In this document: positions 57,061 to 63,082 of the stretch, one piece after another
How the letters are laid out: every line of letters begins with the position of its first letter
Numbering within the stretch: position 1 is the stretch's first letter
Assembly (NCBI GenBank): GCA_018220985.1
Contig: JAAOXS010000021.1
Coordinates: 24,274-88,273 of the forward strand
DNA from: Nanobdellota archaeon
GTDB lineage: Archaea; Nanobdellota; Nanobdellia; PEZQ01
DNA: 64,000 nt
Reading direction: 5' to 3'
Notes under the pieces: generated by a model
What the model saw: the letters and a program-made list of their open reading frames with translations, nothing else
Told to the model about the DNA's origin: nothing
The model's database searches: none
Program-made: the position numbers and the translations under genes

Positions 57061-57540
57061 ATGAAATCAATGACTTTAACTACAAAAGACTTAATGCTCT
57101 TATTTACAATTCTTTCAGGATTCATTTTCGCAGTATCATTCTCATCATATTATATTAATAATTTAATTCATGAAGGAAAAGTGTGCAGTTGTTTTATTCC
57201 AGTTCCATTACTCATAATGACTATGTCATCTCTCGGATTTTTTGTAGGTGGAATCGCATCATACTATTTCTTGCGAAGAATAATTGGTGAAAGAAAAGAA
57301 ACAAAAATCAACGCTGAAAAATCCTTAAACTTTTTGGAAGGTGATGAAAAAATTATAATAAAACAAATAATACAAAAACAAGGAGAAATCATGCAATCAT
57401 CAATTACTGGATTAACACGAGTCAGAACAACACGTGCAATTAAAAAATTAGAATCAAAACAAATTATTATCCGAGAAAAAAAAGGAATGACAAACAAAAT
57501 AATATTAGACAAACAAATAATGTCATTGTTCAAGAATTAA
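57061..57540 (+). CDS. membrane-anchored winged-HTH regulator
   Basis: Two TM helices are followed by EKIIIKQIIQKQGEIMQSSITGLTRVRTTRAIKKLESKQIIIREKKG (MarR-like wHTH). The track start at 57049 is TTG; the ATG is at 57061. Confidence 0.5.
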   Translation: MKSMTLTTKDLMLLFTILSGFIFAVSFSSYYINNLIHEGKVCSCFIPVPLLIMTMSSLGFFVGGIASYYFLRRIIGERKETKINAEKSLNFLEGDEKIIIKQIIQKQGEIMQSSITGLTRVRTTRAIKKLESKQIIIREKKGMTNKIILDKQIMSLFKN

Positions 57541-57549
57541 CTTGAGGAA

Positions 57550-57777
57550 TTATTTTAATTCCCCAAGCCTTTTCTTAATTGCAGAAAGCTCGTTCTCAAG
57601 AATTTTAGATTCACTCTCTAAAGATTCCTTTTCACTTATTGCAGTTAAAGGAACTTGCCTACAACCAAAACCCCTACCAAAACCCCTGCCTAAACCGCTT
57701 TTACCTTTACCACAATGTCCGCGACCAGCACCAGTAGGTCCTTTACCTGAAGGTCCTGTTCCATCAAAATTTGGCAT
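57550..57777 (-). CDS. DUF5320-family protein
   Basis: The N-terminus MPNFDGTGPSGKGPTGAGRGHCG is followed by a C-terminal coiled coil, typical of DUF5320. SD GAGGTGGT lies upstream. Confidence 0.6.
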   Translation of the reverse strand: MPNFDGTGPSGKGPTGAGRGHCGKGKSGLGRGFGRGFGCRQVPLTAISEKESLESESKILENELSAIKKRLGELK

Positions 57778-57798
57778 TTAAACCACCTCACAATGTTA

Positions 57799-57852
57799 TT
57801 ATGAATAAGTATTCATAATTGGTATTTAAACGTTTCGAATAATCATTCATAA
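57799..57852. promoter_or_regulatory. two related palindromes (TTATGAATA-AG-TATTCATAA and GAAT-AATC-ATTC) in a divergent promoter
   Basis: Read directly from the sequence. Both end in ATTCATAA. They lie between the DUF5320 gene (-) and the dcd-like gene (+). Confidence 0.3.
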
Positions 57853-57920
57853 CTTTTTTGTTTAATGTAAAATAACAGCAACCTAAAAACTTTTAAACAC
57901 AATAACTTTCAGTTTTTCTT

Positions 57921-59003
57921 ATGGTTTTAGAAAAAATACTAAATGACAAAGGATTAAATTACGCAATAGAAAACGATTTTATTAACATAAGTAAAACCAT
58001 TTTTAAACGCGACTTTGATGACTATTTTGTAAAAAGCAATGGAAATGAAATTCAACCAGCAACAGTGGATATGGGTTTTCTTTTAAACGATTTTTGCGAA
58101 TTTTCTAGTGGAAATTTTTCCTCAAATTATGAATCCGTAAGTTTTATGAAAGCAATTAATGATTATATACCAAAAAAAATACAAAAAAAAATTTTTTTTC
58201 TTGCTCATGAATTACGCGACCAAATTAATAAAAAAGAAATTTTAGATGTGTTACCACCATACAGTATTAATCAAATTCACCTTAATGATAGAATTACTAT
58301 GAATGATATGATAATGCGAGTGACCGCTAAAAGTTGTTTAGGAAGAATAGGATTAACCACCAATCACCCATTTTACCTTTATTCAGAACAAAAATATGAA
58401 AAAATGAAAAGACAATTTTCTTTTACACTAACTAATAAAACATCCATACCTTGGCGGTTCAAACCCTGTGAAAAAATAGTTCAAGCAATTTTTCAACCAA
58501 TTGATATTAACCTAGAACCATTATACGATAAAAGCATGTATGGAACAAAAACAGGCAAATTCCATGAATTAACAGCTGGAAATGAAATGACAATTATAAG
58601 ATATGATGAATTAATAACACAACTAATTGAAAACTCGGATAACGTGAATGATATGATTATGGATTTTGATAAAAGAAACGAAATCTTGAAACCATTCACT
58701 CACACAATAGAATTGTCAAAATCAAAACCTTACCATGTTCGAAACGGTGAACACGTAGCTGTTAAAACCCGTGAAAAAATCTCTTTAGACTCTAAAATAG
58801 GATTATACTTGGATGATGGTGCCAATGCAGGATGGGTTGACCCTGGATATGAAGGCCACTTATTTCCAAACCCTTATGATAAAAAAGTGAAAATTGGTGA
58901 TGTTATTGCTAAAGCTTACGAATACTATTTTCCTTCAGGCGTTCAAGATGTTTACGGAACTAAAAACAACACACATCAAAATAGTGAAAAATTTGGATTA
59001 TAA
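57921..59003 (+). CDS. divergent dCTP deaminase/dUTPase-fold protein, apparently tandemly duplicated (360 aa)
   Basis: Half 1 has NEIQPATVDMGF (cf. iqPasvDLrlg), AKSCLGRIGL (cf. grSSlaRlGl) and FSFTLTNKTSIPWRFKPCEKIVQAIF. Half 2 has VRNGEHVAVKTREKISL and AGWVDPGYEGHL (cf. G.iDPGf.G). Confidence 0.5.
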   Translation: MVLEKILNDKGLNYAIENDFINISKTIFKRDFDDYFVKSNGNEIQPATVDMGFLLNDFCEFSSGNFSSNYESVSFMKAINDYIPKKIQKKIFFLAHELRDQINKKEILDVLPPYSINQIHLNDRITMNDMIMRVTAKSCLGRIGLTTNHPFYLYSEQKYEKMKRQFSFTLTNKTSIPWRFKPCEKIVQAIFQPIDINLEPLYDKSMYGTKTGKFHELTAGNEMTIIRYDELITQLIENSDNVNDMIMDFDKRNEILKPFTHTIELSKSKPYHVRNGEHVAVKTREKISLDSKIGLYLDDGANAGWVDPGYEGHLFPNPYDKKVKIGDVIAKAYEYYFPSGVQDVYGTKNNTHQNSEKFGL

Positions 59004-59005
59004 AA

Positions 59006-59076
59006 AGCCAGACCCCGGAGTTGAACCGGGTTGCACGGCTCTGCAGGCCGCTGCATAACCGTTCTGCCAGTCTGGC
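59006..59076 (-). tRNA. tRNA-Cys (anticodon GCA)
   Basis: Hand-folded cloverleaf: GCCAGAC/GTCTGGC acceptor, GCGGC-CTGCAGA-GCCGT anticodon arm, CCCGG-TTCAACT-CCGGG T arm. Confidence 0.85.
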
Positions 59077-59112
59077 ATTGTTATTAGAATAATTAACACT
59101 TAAAACGAGTTT

Positions 59113-60393
59113 TTAAAGGTTTGTCCTTACACCATTAGGGTAATTCTTGTGCTTTGGAAAACTAACTATAGAATCAGGCTGAAACGAGAAAACGCTTTTC
59201 CTAGCAGCGGGATTATTATTAAGAATAATTGAATCCACCCCTTTTTTATACCTATTATTATTTAGTCTGAATCTTTTAGCTAAAAACTCGTTGGCGTAAC
59301 CCACATGATGGTTTCGAACCATGAACTCCAACAATTTAGGGTGAAGTATTTGCATTGGAAATTGATTCAAATTAAGGTTGACTGTCCACAAATCTAAATC
59401 TTTGAAGTAATACCATTCAATAAATTTAGCTACTAACGGGTGCTCAAGATTTGTTAATGGCTCAAACACTTTTGCAACAGTAAAATTGTTAATGTCCACA
59501 TTAGTGTTATTAGTTATTTTTACGCTGCCAACGTTTTTCAAACCTTTATTAACTATGTTCTCAGCAGCGCTAAAATGATGACAATGAATTCTTACCTTTG
59601 TCCCTTCATCATTAGCTTCGTTTTTGTGAGTTCCACAAGAACAGCGATGATCTGACATCATTAATTTATGAAACTCAATTTTTTGAGATGGGTTTTTTAA
59701 ATCAACTTCATACTCTTCAACTTTTACACCTAATAAGCTTGGTATTTGAAAACTTCCAGCATGACCAATGAATCTTTGTTTCTTATTATTCCAACTGCTA
59801 GTGTTATCAAAAGTTATTTCTCGTAAATTTACGACTTCATTAGATTTTTTTTCATAAGCGTTCTCAAAAATTTTCATGAAATACTCTGATTCTTTTTCAC
59901 CAAACCTTTTGAAAACTTTATCAAAAATTTCTTGCTTAGAATTAGTCATAAGCGCAGCTCTAATTTCTGAACTTGGCTGGTATAGTACGCGATTTTTTTC
60001 AAATTCCCCATCGATTGTTATAAGTCGTGTTAATGAGTAACCCACAAGTTTAGTTGTGTAATACACGAAATCAGGTGCTGGATCTTTTTTTGGATGCGAG
60101 TGAATCCGGCGTAAAGTTAGGAATTCTAAATCAAACTGGTTTCCAGTTGCTTGATTGGTTGATGATAATGGAATGTTCATGTAAGGAAAAAAATTTGCTC
60201 CCCCTAATCCAAGTTTTTTTGCTCTACTAAAATAAGTATTAACAATTCTTTTAACTTCTGATTTCGGAATTGAATAAACACTTTGCTCAAGCAGGTTGGA
60301 AAGATCGTCTTGGTTTAATCTTAACTTCTGCAAACTTTCAACATCAAAAATTGAGTTGTAATACTCTTCTCTTTTGAATTCATCAACTACCAT
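59113..60393 (-). CDS. hypothetical protein with SWIM-type zinc finger (426 aa)
   Basis: CSCGTHKNEANDEGTKVRIHCHH fits the SWIM pattern CxCx(n)CxH. Confidence 0.45.
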   Translation of the reverse strand: MVVDEFKREEYYNSIFDVESLQKLRLNQDDLSNLLEQSVYSIPKSEVKRIVNTYFSRAKKLGLGGANFFPYMNIPLSSTNQATGNQFDLEFLTLRRIHSHPKKDPAPDFVYYTTKLVGYSLTRLITIDGEFEKNRVLYQPSSEIRAALMTNSKQEIFDKVFKRFGEKESEYFMKIFENAYEKKSNEVVNLREITFDNTSSWNNKKQRFIGHAGSFQIPSLLGVKVEEYEVDLKNPSQKIEFHKLMMSDHRCSCGTHKNEANDEGTKVRIHCHHFSAAENIVNKGLKNVGSVKITNNTNVDINNFTVAKVFEPLTNLEHPLVAKFIEWYYFKDLDLWTVNLNLNQFPMQILHPKLLEFMVRNHHVGYANEFLAKRFRLNNNRYKKGVDSIILNNNPAARKSVFSFQPDSIVSFPKHKNYPNGVRTNL

Positions 60394-60430
60394 TAAAAAA
60401 AATGATTAAGACTTGAGAATAAAAACTTTA

Positions 60431-61594
60431 TTAATCCCTTAACAAGAATTTTTCAAGCACTTTCTTTGCTTTAACACGCTCCTTCTGATGATTAGCCAAA
60501 TAAGAGTTCACTTTTTCAATTGCAATTGCTTTCAACTCACCAGAAAGCATATCACCATTCTTATAACTCTCATAAATTTCTTTTAACTTTTTATCATCAG
60601 GCTCGAATAAGAAATTAAGCAACTGATAAGACATGTCAACATCAGGATTACCTCCTTTTTCCCTATGCTCTTTTACAGTATCACGACCACCACTAAAAGC
60701 GCTTCCAATCTTTTTCTTAACCTCTTTCGCAGAATCAGTTGTGTAAATCGCGCTCGACGGATCTGAAGAACTCATCTTCCCACCTTCCTTCAAACCAGGC
60801 ATTAACACATTATGAATCGCGGCAGGCTTATAATAACCAAGCTTAGGCATAACATCTCGTGAAACCCTAAAATGCGGGTCCTGATCAATACCGTGAGGGA
60901 TAAGACAAGGCACATTCTTACCCTGACGAACACTCTCCAAAAAAGCAGGAACTGCCTGAAAACTCGTGTAAAAAATGCTACCAATATTCGTACTATTATT
61001 AAAACCGAAAACAGCTTTAATTGTTGAAAAAGTAATTTTTTTAGCAACACGAATAGCATTATTATACAACGTTTTCGAATAAAACGTGTCAATTAAGATT
61101 TCAGTATTTTTTGGCTTAAAACCAAGAGCGATAATGTCCAAAGCATCACTTAACGCTTGATTAGTTGTTTGCTCAAGCTCAAGATCCTGCCTGAACATGA
61201 ACTTTTCATCATCAGTCATTTGAATTACTAATTTTGCTTTGAACTTATCCTGCAACCACTTAGTGAACACGAAAGGCATTAAATGACCAAGATGCATTCG
61301 CCCACTCGGACCCCTTCCTGTGTACAAATAGAACTTCTCTTTTTTCTCGTACTTGTCAAGCAACCAGTTCAAATCACGGTGTGAAAAGAACATACCTCTA
61401 CGCAACATGAAATGAGCAGGTCCAGTGTGCTTTTCAATTCGCTTAATTAAAACATCATTAATTCGCACAGTTCCGAACTGTTTGATTAAATTATTATAAT
61501 CAATTTTACCGGACACCTCCCACGGCGTCACGACAAAACCTGTTTTATCAGTCATATTATAACTAACAAGTTCTCTTGATTTAATATTTTTCAT
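60431..61594 (-). CDS. trpS: tryptophanyl-tRNA synthetase (archaeal/eukaryotic type)
   Basis: HIGH motif GRMHLGHL; KMSKS variant GGKMSSSDP; N-terminal VTPWEV...DYNNLIKQFG. 4-bp overlap with trpB2. Confidence 0.9.
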   Translation of the reverse strand: MKNIKSRELVSYNMTDKTGFVVTPWEVSGKIDYNNLIKQFGTVRINDVLIKRIEKHTGPAHFMLRRGMFFSHRDLNWLLDKYEKKEKFYLYTGRGPSGRMHLGHLMPFVFTKWLQDKFKAKLVIQMTDDEKFMFRQDLELEQTTNQALSDALDIIALGFKPKNTEILIDTFYSKTLYNNAIRVAKKITFSTIKAVFGFNNSTNIGSIFYTSFQAVPAFLESVRQGKNVPCLIPHGIDQDPHFRVSRDVMPKLGYYKPAAIHNVLMPGLKEGGKMSSSDPSSAIYTTDSAKEVKKKIGSAFSGGRDTVKEHREKGGNPDVDMSYQLLNFLFEPDDKKLKEIYESYKNGDMLSGELKAIAIEKVNSYLANHQKERVKAKKVLEKFLLRD

Positions 61595-62850
61595 TCTAAC
61601 TCACCTCGCAAGAACTGTTCGTAACCTGTCAAGTCTAGTAACCCATGCCCGCTCAAACAAAACACTAAAACCTGATTCTTTCTTCTCTTAGCATTTTCTA
61701 TAACACTTTTTATTGCATGACAACTTTCCGGAGCAGGAATAATACCTTCAGTTTCAGCGAACAATTTTCCAGCTTCAAAAACACTTTTCTGATTATAATA
61801 CTCTGTTTTCATTAAACCATGCTCTTTTATAGCTGACAATAACGGTGCCACTCCATGATACCTTAACCCGCCTGCATGTATTGCCGGTGGTACGAACTCG
61901 CATCCAAGCGAATGCATTTTTAGCATAGGCGTTATTTTTGCAGTGTCACCAAAATCGTATTTGAACTCGCCTTTTCCCATACTCGCACAACTTTCTGGCT
62001 CTACACCAATTAATTCAGCGCCAGTATTATAGAAAGGTAATGCTATTCCTCCAAAATTACTTCCACCACCCACACAACCAATTACTGCATCCGCTTTTTC
62101 AGGCAATTGCTCTTTAGCTTCCAAACCAATTATTGATTGATGTATTAACACGTGAGTTAGCACTGAACCAAGACTATACTTGTAGTTTTCTAATTTCATG
62201 CAAGTTTCTAAAGCTTCACTTATTGCTATTCCTAAACTTCCCGGATGCTCTGGATTTTGGTCTAATAATTTTTTACCAAAACTTGTTTCTTCATTTGGGC
62301 TGGGCAGAACATGTCCGCCATAAATATTCATAATCGTTTTCCTTCCAGGTTTCTGATAATAACTACTTCTTACCATGAATACTTTACAATCCAAATCGAA
62401 TAATTTGCACGCAAGACTTAATGCACTACCCCACTGCCCAGCACCTGTTTCAGTTATTAAACCTTTCAAGCCCTCTTTCTTCGCGCTAAAAGCTTGCGCT
62501 AACGCAGTATTTAATTTATGACTTCCAGTAGGGCTCGCACCCTCATACTTATAATAAATCCTGCAATTAGTCCCAATTTTTTTTTCCAAATTCTTAGCCC
62601 TAATTAATGGCGTTGGCCTGTATTTTTTGTAGAATTCCAAAATTTTTTCGGGTATTGGAATGAACCGTTCCTTGCTGATTTCTAATTCCATACTTTCTTT
62701 TGGAAAAATTTGTTTTAATTCTTCAGGATTTATTGGTTTTTTTGTTGCAGGATTTATTGGCGGACTAACCTTGAAAGGTAAGTCTGCAGTTATGTTGTAA
62801 TAATGTTTTGGTACTTTACCAGGGACACTCAACCCTTTTATTGTTCTCAC
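61591..62850 (-). CDS. trpB2: tryptophan synthase beta-like protein, TrpB2 type
   Basis: Contains PKHYYNITADLP, the PLP-lysine motif EGASPTGSHKLNTA, GCVGGGSNFGG and GLRYHGVAP. The start is GTG at 62850 with an in-frame stop immediately upstream. No trpA is visible nearby. Confidence 0.85.
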   Translation of the reverse strand: MRTIKGLSVPGKVPKHYYNITADLPFKVSPPINPATKKPINPEELKQIFPKESMELEISKERFIPIPEKILEFYKKYRPTPLIRAKNLEKKIGTNCRIYYKYEGASPTGSHKLNTALAQAFSAKKEGLKGLITETGAGQWGSALSLACKLFDLDCKVFMVRSSYYQKPGRKTIMNIYGGHVLPSPNEETSFGKKLLDQNPEHPGSLGIAISEALETCMKLENYKYSLGSVLTHVLIHQSIIGLEAKEQLPEKADAVIGCVGGGSNFGGIALPFYNTGAELIGVEPESCASMGKGEFKYDFGDTAKITPMLKMHSLGCEFVPPAIHAGGLRYHGVAPLLSAIKEHGLMKTEYYNQKSVFEAGKLFAETEGIIPAPESCHAIKSVIENAKRRKNQVLVFCLSGHGLLDLTGYEQFLRGELE

Positions 62851-62860
62851 TAGTTTTCAT
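62816..62860 (-). promoter_or_regulatory. second, out-of-frame mini-ORF MKTSENNKRVECPW* overlapping the trpB2 start
   Basis: It starts with ATG at 62860, and SD AAGGTGA (62869-62875) ends 8 nt upstream of that ATG. It ends ...GAG TGT CCC TGG TAA, 33 nt inside trpB2. Its 5' context AAATTAATATGAAAA is identical to that of the cysS leader. Confidence 0.3.
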
Positions 62861-62903
62861 ATTAATTTTCACCTTAGAAAGAGTGTTCTCTAGCAAAATC
62901 TTA

Positions 62904-62933
62904 TCATAATTTTTGCCAGGGATAATCACTCAT
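62904..62933 (-). promoter_or_regulatory. leader mini-ORF MSDYPWQKL* upstream of trpB2-trpS
   Basis: Own translation: ATG AGT GAT TAT CCC TGG CAA AAA TTA TGA. It ends 53 nt upstream of the trpB2 start. The ATG lies about 28 nt from the centre of TTTATAAAA (62957-62965). Confidence 0.5.
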
Positions 62934-62956
62934 AAAAATAAAGTATTCAATTTTGC

Positions 62957-62965
62957 TTTATAAAA
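62957..62965 (-). promoter_or_regulatory. TATA-like box (TTTATAAAA) for the trp leader transcript
   Basis: The spacing to the leader ATG is about 28 nt, compatible with the known archaeal TATA-to-TSS distance of about 26-27 nt. Confidence 0.3.
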
Positions 62966-62977
62966 CTAACGAAAAAA

Positions 62978-62987
62978 ATTTAAAAAT
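62978..62987 (+). promoter_or_regulatory. TATA-like box (ATTTAAAAAT) for the val leader transcript
   Basis: Its centre lies about 28 nt upstream of the val leader ATG at 63011. Confidence 0.3.
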
Positions 62988-63010
62988 CAAATCATGTTTA
63001 AATTATTGTT

Positions 63011-63043
63011 ATGAATCTAAAAAGTGATCGCCCCGTACAATAG
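63011..63043 (+). promoter_or_regulatory. leader mini-ORF MNLKSDRPVQ* upstream of valS
   Basis: Own translation: ATG AAT CTA AAA AGT GAT CGC CCC GTA CAA TAG. It ends 39 nt upstream of the valS ATG. Confidence 0.5.
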
Positions 63044-63082
63044 ACCGATTACTTTATTATTCAATTTCGAGAGACTTTAGAC

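Noticed and set aside
62994-63014. A micro-ORF ATG TTT AAA TTA TTG TTA TGA (MFKLLL*) overlaps the val leader ATG.
   Set aside because: There is no counterpart at the other two leader loci, and such short ORFs are frequent by chance in AT-rich spacers.
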